Origin: Lama guanicoe
Taxonomy: Eukaryota
Length of the DNA: 64,000 nt
Direction: 5' to 3'
Assembly: GCA_013239625.1 (NCBI GenBank)
Contig: MU054187.1
Location: forward strand, 20,711,280 to 20,775,279
Below the pieces are notes generated by a model. It saw only the letters and a program-made list of their open reading frames with translations. It made no database searches and was not told where the DNA came from. Positions 12,498 to 22,461 of this stretch are shown one piece after another; position 1 is the first letter of the stretch; every line of letters starts with the position of its first letter. Position numbers and translations under genes: made by a program.

Positions 12498-13266
12498 GGA
12501 CATCTATCTGATCTTCATCCAAAGATGGATTACTGAGCTTCAGAAACAACCTGGATGTCCTTTTAATAAGTCAATTAAACTTTGCAATAATATAGCAATA
12601 AGAAATGGTCTGGGAAGTGAGTCTTAGTAAATAAAGACCTCAATTAACAAAACCAGAATTTAATATCCACTGAAACATAATCTTTTTCTCTGTATAATTA
12701 CCCTCATTTTTAATCAAATATAGCCAAATAAAGATTAATTGATCATACAGGCCCTTTCATATTGGCTGTCTTGGAATTCCTCAAAAGAAATCTCACACTG
12801 AATTCCCAAAAGGCTTCTCAAGGCCAAGAAAGCCATGCCAAGGACCTGCCAATTTAGGTGAATTCCTCCCTTTTTAAGGTCCCCAAAATACCTTGAGATT
12901 TTTGCACCTGTTAAGAGGTGGACTTCCTAACTAATTTACCTGGCAAAGATGTTGGGAACCTAAAAGTTTCCAGTCTCTGGACGGGTCAGATAGAGAGAAA
13001 AGATAAATGTTTCAATTCTGCTTTCAAAGGTACAGTTTACTAAATTGCTATAGATCATAATTAGCTTGAGAAGAGTTTCTCTGTATTTGGAAAACACAAG
13101 TTAAAGGCCAGTAATATTTCAGATAAAACCAAAAATTATAACCATATTCATCAGTTTACTCAGTCCCATGTAACTAATCCTATGTTTATAGTTTTATGAT
13201 ATCAGATTCCAACAGACTTTTAAAATTTCCTACCCAGTTCAGCAGTATGATTTAAAAGTTATCAGA

Positions 13267-13401
13267 GCGGGGATGGTACAGCCCAAGTGGTAGAGTGCAT
13301 ACTTAGCATGCAGGAAGTTCTGGGTTCAATCCCCAGTACCATCTCTGAAAAAATAAATAAATGAATAAACCTAATTACCTTCCCCCCTCAAAAAAAAAAA
13401 A
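13267..13401 (+). mobile_element. Camelid Vic-1-type SINE inserted in the ERV interior
   Basis: tRNA-like head, CCTAATTACC core and long poly(A). Imperfect TSD AAAAGTTATCAGA / AAAAGCATCAGA. Confidence 0.9.
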
Positions 13402-13428
13402 AAAAGCATCAGAAGACCGTACTTGTCA

Positions 13429-14033
13429 TGTTAGGCAGTTAGATGGAAATGAGCACTGGGTAAGGGGAGAGGAAAATGGGAAGGAGCAATCCAAAACATA
13501 ATAGTACGCCTGCACTCAGGATAAGGAGCTCCAAAAACTTACTTTCTCAAAATAAAGGCCAACAAAGAAGCCAGCTAGAATCGAACACTGCGGCTGCACA
13601 GGAGAGAAGAACCAGGCTTAACTTGACCCAGTGCTCATTGTAATGTAATTAACATTACAGTTTGAGCCCCCTCCCGTAGGTTTCTCTGTGTGCATCATGG
13701 GTAAAAATATGCGCAAAAGAGGTGTGCATGCCTGAGCACTAGGAACGAGAGCTGTCAATCAGCCTGAGCACTCAAACAATGGAAGGCATCAAAAATCAGT
13801 CATGAAAACGCCCCCTAAGCCAGGATATAAGAACAAGAGAAACAAAGGAGCGGCACCACTTTTCCTCTCTTAGGTTGGCCTCCCCAGTTCTTGGGATGTA
13901 CTATGTTTTACTGCTTTTTTACTTCACTAGGAAAATCTTCTGTTTATATCACAGTCTCTTTCTCCCATTAGAAATTCTTTTTTGGGGGGGGCTAAGAACC
14001 AAGGTAATTTTTATTCCTGTCTTCCCAGTAAGA
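13429..14033 (+). mobile_element. ERV1 solo LTR, 605 bp
   Basis: Starts TGTTAGGCAG and ends CCCAGTAAGA (eroded GTAACA). 4-bp TSD GTCA at 13425-13428 and 14034-14037; TATAAG at ~13826; homologous to 18340-18709. Confidence 0.9.
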
Positions 14034-15496
14034 GTCAAAAAGTCCTTTCTATAGATCTTCCTAAAGAGAAAATATTTCTCAAAGGCATCAGAGTAAAACT
14101 GTAACTGTTTATGAACAACAAAAGATTTAAGAAGCATGGTTAAACACCTGGTTACACTGTAATTCATAAAGAAACCTGTTTATAATAACCAGAATTATGA
14201 CTAGAAACATTTCAGACATACTGGAGTTTTAGGAATTCTATAATGTCTAGTATATCTAATATTAATAACATTTTCCCACACAATATAACCTAAAAAGATT
14301 TATTGCTTGTTTGATAATACTTCCCATACAATTTAACAGATCAAATTAACATAATTAGCTTATATTTCTCTTCGGGATGTTTCAGGGGCCCTCTGAAACA
14401 TCCCAAAGTTAGGATAGGTCAAAAGAACTTTACTACAATTTGATATTTGGGAAGTTTAAAAGTTTTAAAATGCTCAGTCAGACAATATCACAGGTCATTG
14501 AGAAATAATACTTATTCCCAAAATAACAATAAAATATTTTGAAGGTGAATACAGAACAGATCACTTAAGAGGTGAAAGAAACTTTACAATCTGTTACCAA
14601 AAGCAGATTAACATTTTAAGAAAACTGTCCTTTTTACAGAGAGAATCAAATTTCAGTTTTGCATTAGCTTATTTTTAACAATCAAATCCACTTGCTTATT
14701 TAAATCAATCTAAATTTAGTTAATCCTGATCTTGCACAAAGCTCTTTTTTTATCTTCTTCTTTTTTTTTGGTCAGGGTTCTTTGTCCACAAACCTTGCAT
14801 CACTTTTTGTATCCATATTAGTTTGTCCTTTTTTTTCCCATCCAACTCTAGGACAAAAATATTCTTTTCCCTTTTAACGAATTGCAATTCCATTTCTCAT
14901 ACTTTCTTTTACTGAATACATTTATCTTACTTTTCTAGCATACTGAGATGTTTCCCTTAATAATTAATAATTAAAGAAGTTAAATAATATTATAATTTCA
15001 TCCTTAAAATCCTTATTTTCTAGTGAAAACATTAAGAAATTACACTGTCTTTTATGTTAGCATTCTGTAGATGGGCAAACATAAATACCAATAATATTTC
15101 CTAAAAATCATACTTTAAAAAAAATTTTTTTTTAATTTTCACTCTGGCACCAAACATATTCATCAATAGTCCCAAATACCTTCCAGCAAAGGAAAGCCAA
15201 TTAATGTTTTAATATTCTCTTTGAAAATGACCTAGCATTTAATAAACCTTCATCATTTAAGTTACTTTAGCACAATTCTAAAATTTCAAGTTACCAAATT
15301 ATTCCAGATATCAATATTCCATTGATCAGTTTTCAGTAAACATTCCTGAAATAAGTATTCCTAAGAGTTTACCCAAAAGCTCTTTCTCCTTTGCATTTAA
15401 GTTACTTATAAGAATTTCATCATACCAAGTTATTTTTCTTGCTAACAAATTGGTAACAGATATAACAAGGTCTTATTTGAACTTCATTAAACCTGG

Positions 15497-15941
15497 AAAC
15501 TGTCAACTGAAAAAGTTGAGTTATGTTTTATTTGGCTAGAGAACTTGAGCCTGGATGACAGCATCTCAGATTGCTCAGAGGGGCTGCTCCCAAGAGGTAG
15601 GGGAGGATCGAGGATATATAGGAGCTTTACAACAAAGACCAGGTAGTTGGAACAATAAAAGATTGCTTGTAATCTAAAGAAAACCAGGCATCTCAAGTTA
15701 AAGAATTCAGTGCTTTTCTATGTAAGGGAGGAGGCAAACATTTGGGCTCATTGAATTCATTCCTTTGACAAGCACCTAGCTATCTAGGGCCAGTGTCATG
15801 TCCTTTCTTATTCTGAGTCCCCTCAGGGCTGCAGAGGCCAGGCTGCAGGCTTGTCTTCACTGGGGGGGTGGCAGCAGCCACTGAGGACTTGATGGTTTCA
15901 GCATTCTTTGTTTACTGATATGGTTTGCAACATTTCATTGA
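15497..15941 (-). mobile_element. Cetartiodactyl ERV1 solo LTR nested in the ERV interior
   Basis: Minus strand has a TATA-like CCTATATATC (~15614-15622), AATAAA (~15527-15532) and TCAGTTGACA near the end. Body matches a common cetartiodactyl ERV1 LTR by recall; TSD ambiguous (TGG on both sides). Confidence 0.8.
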
Positions 15942-17036
15942 TGGTACAATAAAAGTATTACGCTTAATACTGATGACTCTAAAGGCATGCCCATATTAGT
16001 TAAACCAATTATGTTTAAGCTAGCTTCAATAGCAGGTATTGATTCAGTACAGAAAAATTTCTAAATCACATGAACACGATTTTCATCCTGGCCAGTTTCT
16101 TTTATATTTCAAGTATTTATATCAGCATTTAATTTCCTTTATTGCCAATTAAATACAGCTCTTTCATAAATTAATTTTGACAATATCATCCATCTATGAC
16201 ACACACATACAAAGCACAGAGACCTCATAGTTCTCATTCCAAAATTCTAGCCATGAATGGGCACACAGTGTAAAACCCATCATTTATAAGAGGTTGGACT
16301 AAAATTGCATTTCTGGCAGATGGAACAAATCAAAGTCGCCCGTCTAGATGGCTAAACCTTATTACTAACTTCTATGGAAGACATTTAAGATTTCTATTTG
16401 TCTTTGACAGGACAAGTTCCAAATTACTTACCTCCTTTCTCAAAATTTGCATTTTAAAAAGATGACAGAGATAAGTGTTCCTGGAGAAGACCAGGTGGAA
16501 TATTTACATTTCAGAACATTTGCATTTCAAAGGCAAGTTCCTCCTAAATGGCTTCATTCCCTGGAGGCCAGAAAAATGTTTTGTTTGGTTTGTTTGTTTC
16601 CCTTAATACTCAAGTCTCTTAAAAAGAGGAGGTTTGGGAGTGGTAAAAGGATTGGTGGGCCTTACATCATTTCTGGAGCCACAACTCTGGTCCTGCAAAG
16701 ACTACATTTGTAAAATGAGGGTTTTTTTTGTTTTGTCTTGTCTTCCCCTGTCAAAGAATTGGATGGTTTTCCATAATATCAAAGGATTAACACAGCTATT
16801 CAAGTATGTTGAATTCTTTTACTTTTTCCTTTTAGCTTAGGGCAGAAGGGCCTCCTCCAAAATGCCTATCAGGCTCCAAACATCCGCTGTGGTCAGTTTA
16901 GTCAGACGGGTGTCCTCCCATTTTGGTAATCCATTTACAAGCACTTTGGAGGATCTTCCCTGGGTCTGAGCCGTTCTCTATGGCCTTCAGTCCAGCGGTT
17001 TGAGCTGAACCTTTAGTTGGCTTTGAAAGCACTACT

Positions 17037-17200
17037 TTCATTAAGCTTCTACAACAAATCTTCCAAAGAGGCTATTTTGGAATTGACGCCTTTGGGGGCT
17101 TCATGCCAATTAAGTCAGGTGCAATAGTTAAAGGCAGGAGCACCCTATAATTTTAATAATTTGGATGTTTCTCCAATCCAAAGGATCCACAGAGTTAGCC
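17037..17200 (-). pseudogene. gag: Retroviral gag (matrix-like) remnant
   Basis: Minus-strand NWHEAPKGVNSKIASLEDLL*KLNE (17037-17111) and upstream GSFGLEK resemble class I gag MA; located just downstream of the leader. Confidence 0.5.
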
Positions 17201-18339
17201 CTACAAATACTTTCCCCTGCTAAACTAATTTTAGAAAAAAGAAAAAAGAAAAAACAAAACATTGTTGTTTCCAATAGTGTTACAGAAACGACAGGCCAGT
17301 CAAGAAACAAGCACCTTCACAATAGAACCTGCAGACACAGAAAACTGTTGGCTTTAATTGCTCACTCAAAATTCAGTTTTGGAGTGTCAAAAGAACCCCA
17401 ACTTGGCCATTTTAGGGTTATCAATAATATCAAAGACTGACACATCTACTTAAGTATGTTTGGTTGTTTTACGTTCCCTCATTTTAGCTTACGGGAGAAG
17501 GCCTCCCCCAAAGTTCCTATCAGGCCCCATTTCCGTTAGTTCCCAATTAAGTACTTGCAGGCATATATAAAGCATATATATAATTCAATGAACCATTCAA
17601 AGGCCATTTCTCATCTGATTCTAAGGGATCTTACAACTAAAATCTTTCCAACCATACAGAATTCATCCAAAAGGGCTCTGTGACGGAACAGAACCCGAAT
17701 TTCCCATTTTACAAAACAGAAAGGCGATCACAAAACCCGAGACACAAGATAACAAAACTCACAGGCCATGACAAATCCAAACGACCAGCCCAGGTCTTAA
17801 ACAGACTTTTTCATACACTAATGAGTAGGAGGATTATTCCAACTACTTTGGGGAAGGGGCACGGACTTCCAGGAATTGGGCCTATGCTCGAGCAACAAAT
17901 GGGAGCCTCAAAGCTCAAAGCAAGCACAAATTCAGAGCCAGCACAAATCAAAACAACGGCTTCCTAGTTTTGCTAGGCCCGTGACCGGCATCCAATCGCC
18001 CTATCAAACAGGAGCTCTCTCAGGGAGAAAGAGCCCCGGCAAACTGGGGCTCCCTCGCCTGCCTTAGGGAGTCCCCGGATAGGGTCGAGGGGGCCTCGGT
18101 CATCACCGGAAAACTCACCCTAGTCCTGGCGGCCAGAGGACCGGACGGAGGTTGGAAGTAGGAAAAGAGACCCGGAAGCAAAAGCGGCTTTTGTGGCAGC
18201 TGGGCTGGATTTCCTCCGCTCTGGGCCTCCCACCTCGGAGTCCCGGATGTTGGTCACGGCAACCCTGGTGGCTCAGACACAGATGCTCTCCCCTCCTGCT
18301 CCCAACTGCCCCGGCCACCTGGCCTCACCAGGCTCCCCT

Positions 18340-18709
18340 TGTTAGGCAGTTCAAACAGAAATGAGCACTGGGCAGGGGGAGAGGAAGGGGAAAGGAGCAA
18401 TCCAGAGCACAGGGAACCTGAGCTGTCAGTTAACCAGAGCGCCGGGAACCTGAATTGTCAATCAATCAGTCAATCAATCAATCACGAAACCAGGATATAA
18501 AAACAGGAAAAACAAAAGAACAAGGCGCCACTTTTCCTCTCTTGGATTAGCTCGCTCCCAGTTCTCGGGAGTGCACTATCTTTCACTACCTTTTTATTTC
18601 ACTAATAAAAATCTTGCTTATACCACGCTTTCCGTCTCTTGTCAAAAATTGTTTTTCTCCCAGGTGACTAAGAACCGAGGTAATTCTTATTTTCCTTTTC
18701 CTGGGAACA
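18340..18709 (+). mobile_element. ERV1 LTR, 370 bp, same family as 13429-14033 but missing ~250 bp of U3
   Basis: TGTTAGGCAG...CCTGGGAACA, with TATAAAAA (~18496) and AATAAA (~18604). Shares blocks AAATGAGCACTGGG, GGAGCAATCCA and CTAAGAACC with the first copy. Flanks CCCT/CTTC are not a TSD. Confidence 0.9.
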
Positions 18710-19916
18710 CTTCTAGTTTATTCCAGTAATCGAAAGTAATAATCATGCTTGGTCTCTGAGTGGTTCTCCAGAGAGAAGATCACGGGACTGTAACCATACA
18801 AAATAGCCTGAATTACCAAGAAGAGCGTGCCATGGGTGCTTATAAGATGAAGAGATCGAAAGAGCGACAACCCCTAGCCTCTACAGAACTTCAGATTTCC
18901 TGTTTGATGAGGAGACCCATAAATTAGTCTCCCGCAGTGTTAGCTTAAGTCAAGCTCAAAGAGCCCATGAAGAATATGGAAACAGCGTTGCCCTTTCCCA
19001 CAGGGGAAAAGGTTGGAGTCCCTGTCCAGTTAGGGGACTTTGTCTTACTAAACACTTGGAAGGAGGGGTCTCCTGAAGATCAGATGCAGCCAAAAAGGAA
19101 GGGACCATATCAGGTATTACTGAGCACCCCAACCACCGTTAAGCGACGAGGAATTACTAGTTGGGACCATCTGTCCAGAATAAAACCTGTAATTTATAAG
19201 CCCCAACAGGAACCAAGAGAGACCTACACTTGCGAGGCAATACAAGACCCCAGGTGCCTGTTTAAGAAAAATAAATATCATGTAGCAGTGATTACAAAAG
19301 TTCATAATTGCTTAAATATATCCAATTAAATCTCCTAGAAAAAATATTTCAATATACAGTAGAATAGTAAAAAGTTTCGAGCTTAATCAGGATTTTAAGT
19401 ATTTAACAAATTCTAAAGGTTCTCTGTAGCTCCAGCTGGCATTGAGATGCTATAAAGGAAACCTGGGGCATCTTAGATATTAAGTTAACTAGGATTCTTT
19501 AATATGTTAAGTTGAAAGTAATCAGTCGTGATTTTAGTAATTACAAACAAGTCTCCTTATCAATTACAGGGGTTTAACCATGCCTTTTAAGTCTTTTTGT
19601 CATTACAGACTGTTAAACTGTTATTACCAACATGCCCCATTTTCAAGAAAATTCATAAGGCGGCTGTGAAAGGGGTTACATCAGTTCCACATCAAGACAA
19701 AGGCTCTGTGAGGATTCCAGCCCTTACCGCCCTCAGATGCAAAACCAAAAGGCCGTCCTGCCCCTGGGGCCCTTAGATTAAGCATTCAGAGATATTTTTT
19801 TCTCCTTGATATGCAGGGTCAACATCCCTACTCAGCCTGGAAGTAGCTTCAGAAGATGGACCATCACCCCTCTGCAACTCCACAAGATTATGGGAGTAAA
19901 ATCTCTGAGTGGGGAA
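18710..19916 (+). mobile_element. Plus-strand ERV1 internal 3' portion ending in a polypurine tract
   Basis: Integrase remnant, then CAGCCTGGAAGTAGCTTCAGAAGA (typical ERV1 3' internal block), then GAGTGGGGAA immediately before the TG of the next LTR. Confidence 0.8.
18967..19270 (+). pseudogene. pol: Retroviral pol integrase C-terminal (GPY/F) remnant of a second, plus-strand ERV1
   Basis: ORF 18967-19329 contains VQLGDFVLLNTWKEGSPEDQMQPKRKGPYQVLLSTPTTVKRRGITSWDHLSRIKP, the canonical GPY/F module. No RT or catalytic core upstream. Confidence 0.9.
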
Positions 19917-20562
19917 TGAGACAGGGTGGAAGGGGGCAGGGCACAGCCACTCAAGGAATGACAGCAAATTTAACACCAAAGTGATGGAAGATTCAACTCC
20001 CAGTGGGCCTTGAGGATTAAGTTGGCAGGAGGTTTGAATTATAGTAGACCTTGAGCTTAATTATATGCTCATTATAACAGTGTGATAAAAAAAAAAATGC
20101 CCGCAGGTGCCATGACAGCCTCAAGGCTAACTGCAAAAGGCAAAAGAATGGGCAGTGGGCCAGTCCCTGGGAATTCCAGCCCCTTCTCCAGGGTAGCTGG
20201 AATGGTCCCACCTGTAGGTGTGTGAAGCTACTGAGCCCATAAAAAGTGACAACACCATGTCTAGTGACCTTTTTTCACTCCCTCCTCTTTGGAAATGCCC
20301 AGCTCTGTCTATGGAGTGTGTACCTACTTTACTTTAACCTGAGCACCCAACTCCCACACCTCTTTCCTTGCCTTTCTCTTGCCTTACACTCTATGCAGTG
20401 TGTATCTCTCTAAATAAATCTACCTTTACTCAATGGTGACTCACACTTGAATTCTTTCCTGCATGAAGCCAAGGACCCACACCTGGTGGGGCACGTCCCA
20501 GGGGCTCAGCTGAGACCTGGGACACGGCCCTCCTTACGCCCCACATCCGTTTTCCTGCAGCA
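19917..20562 (+). mobile_element. MER41-like ERV1 LTR (3' LTR of the plus-strand ERV), 646 bp
   Basis: TGAGACAGG...TTCCTGCAGCA, preceded by a polypurine tract. Shares recalled MER41 blocks GCCATGACAG, CATAAAAA, GCTCTGTCTATGGAGT, AATAAA (~20413) and TGAATTCTTTCCTGC...CCAAGGACCC. Confidence 0.82.
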
Positions 20563-20639
20563 ACCTGAAGGCACCATGACGCTACTCTGAGTCTTATGAG
20601 AAGTAAATAATTCTGTTGATTGTTATCGTTGCTTTATTG

Positions 20640-20826
20640 TTTAAGCTATGGCTGTATCATCACCCTGCCCCATCCCCAAGATGAGTTCAGTTTTGAAGGC
20701 ACTAGGCCGCTGTGAGCCCTCTTTGCCTGGCAAAGTAACAAAGCCATCTCTTTTCTTCTAAGCTCTAAGACCCTGTCTCTGAGTTTCAGTTTGGCTTGTC
20801 AAGGATGGGAGCAGAACTTCCAGAAA
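20640..20826 (+). mobile_element. ERV1 LTR R/U5 fragment related to the LTR at 10726-11040
   Basis: GCCGCTGTGAGCCCTCTTTGCCTGGCAAAGTAACAAAGCC matches the minus-strand block GCCTGCTGTGACTCCCTTTGCTGGCAAAGCAATAAAGCT at ~10803-10840. Confidence 0.75.
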
Positions 20827-20849
20827 TATTCTGGCTTAAATGCTATTGT

Positions 20850-21268
20850 TGAAACAGAGCAAGACCCTGTGAGGCCCACCTAGGTACAAATCTTTTTATA
20901 TATTTCCCATTTCTTGTTTGTAAGAAACAGGCCTTAGTTTATTCAGCCTCCTTGAGTTTCCCAGAGTTCCCAAGGGCGCATTCAAACAGATGCTAGTCAG
21001 GGAGGGGAGCCAACGCAGAGACAAAGGAGGAACAGCCAAGATACAATAGCGCAGGGATAAGCAGGGTCCTGCTGCCTCCTCAAGGAATATACATAACAAT
21101 ACCTTTGAGTTCTGCCAGAAAGCCCTCGCCCTGGTGGAGAATGGTAACTTCAGGCTGAGCACAAGATTCCTGCAGCATCACCCTGTTATCTCACCACCAG
21201 CCAAGCAGAAGAAAGCCTGCACACAGTGGAAAATAACAAAGACTCAGGGAAACCTGAATGAGGTAACA
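20850..21268 (+). mobile_element. ERV1 solo LTR, 419 bp, with an internal deletion
   Basis: TGAAACAGAGCAAGACCCTG...GAGGTAACA with perfect 4-bp TSD TTGT at 20846-20849 and 21269-21272. No TATA/AATAAA block remains. Confidence 0.88.
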
Positions 21269-22383
21269 TTGTATTATCAAAGGCTTAACTGATTATCACA
21301 TTTTAATTAATACCCCCAAGAGAATCTTCCACGCTCCTTTTCTGCTGTATAAATTCAGGGTATACAATGTTTATATGAAGTATGCATTTTTTACCACTTC
21401 TTTTTTTTTGGAAATAAATTAGAAAATCTCATACTCTATGACCTACCACTAAGAGTACTGTTCATTATATAGGGCATCTTATGAGACCTACGAAGTCAGA
21501 AAAATAGGTGATTGCAATCAGAAGTGTGGTAGATGTAACATTCATTCATTCAGCACATGAGATTTAACTGTGGATGAGTGTCGTCACATTTAAAACATCA
21601 TTAAATTACACAACAGGAGCCAAAAGGAAGTTCTCAAATGTTCAAATATAACATTTCAAGAAAAGCTTTAAAGATGATAATGCTATTATAATAAATATAT
21701 TGTGTCTTGTAATAATCACTCAAGAGAAAACACTCACTTGGACTTTAAAATTCTGATATACCTGTTTAAAATCTTTTACATTGACTATTCTTAATTATAT
21801 GTCACACATGTATCTCAAGTAAGAGGCAAAAAATTTCTCATCAAGAATATCCTTACATCTGACACAAGCATTATAGAATAGACCCTTTGCTGTGTTTTGC
21901 TAGTGAACCAAAAATTATGACTACAGAATGTTTGTATTCAAAGATATATAAAATTCAGTACGGTATTATAACATCTAAACTAGACCATCAGAAATTCACA
22001 TCCCCTTTCTCTTAGCAGATATACATTTTTATTCAAATGAAAAGAGTTCACCATTTTTACATGTTTTATGCCCAAGAGAAACATGATTACTGTTCAGTGT
22101 GTACAGTAATGTGCTGACACCTGAAGTCAAAAACAGTGGCTCTGGTTGGCCCATTCATTTTTCTTTGGATGCCAATATTGGCTCCAAGCCTAGGGATAGA
22201 AAAACAGATTAAAAAAAAAAATCAAAGTATTGGGCTTTTCATGGATTCTCAAAGGGAAATCAGTGGTCTTGCAAAACATAATTGAAAATATGACCAATGG
22301 TAGTATCTGTTCACGGTGACTAACACTACTGAGATGCTCAGAGTTTTCACCCTTGAATGTTTGGACATGTTCATAATGTACAG

Positions 22384-22461
22384 TTAAAATTAAGAAATTA
22401 CATGTAGCACGGGCAAAAGAAGTAAATAAAGAAGGCTTAGTATTATCATCTTCATGTTTAC
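22384..22461 (+). other. Candidate 78-nt frame-preserving exon (unidentified host)
   Basis: CAG| acceptor, open phase-1 frame VKIKKLHVARAKEVNKEGLVLSSSCL, donor |GTAAGT. Downstream TGCATG motifs at 22586 and 22688. Weak pyrimidine tract; peptide not recognised. Confidence 0.2.

Larger units (their letters stand above)
10726..18264 (-). mobile_element. Internally deleted class I (gamma-like, MER4-group-like) ERV hosting several nested insertions
   Basis: Right-to-left order: degenerate tRNA-His-like primer binding site (PBS; 18247-18264), CpG-rich leader with splice donor AGG|GTGAGT (18113-18121), gag MA-like remnant (~17037-17200), long AT-rich noncoding interior, integrase C-terminus (11735-12497), env remnant (~11050-11730), 3' LTR. 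No matching 5' LTR seen. Confidence 0.8.

Noticed and set aside
13429..18709. Single provirus bounded by the two TGTTAGGCAG LTRs
   Set aside because: The first LTR has its own GTCA TSD, there is no PBS or polypurine tract inside, and the intervening ERV sequence is on the opposite strand.
20640..21268. Circularly permuted LTR (R/U5 preceding U3)
   Set aside because: 20850-21268 has its own TG...CA ends and a TTGT TSD, so it is a separate solo LTR.
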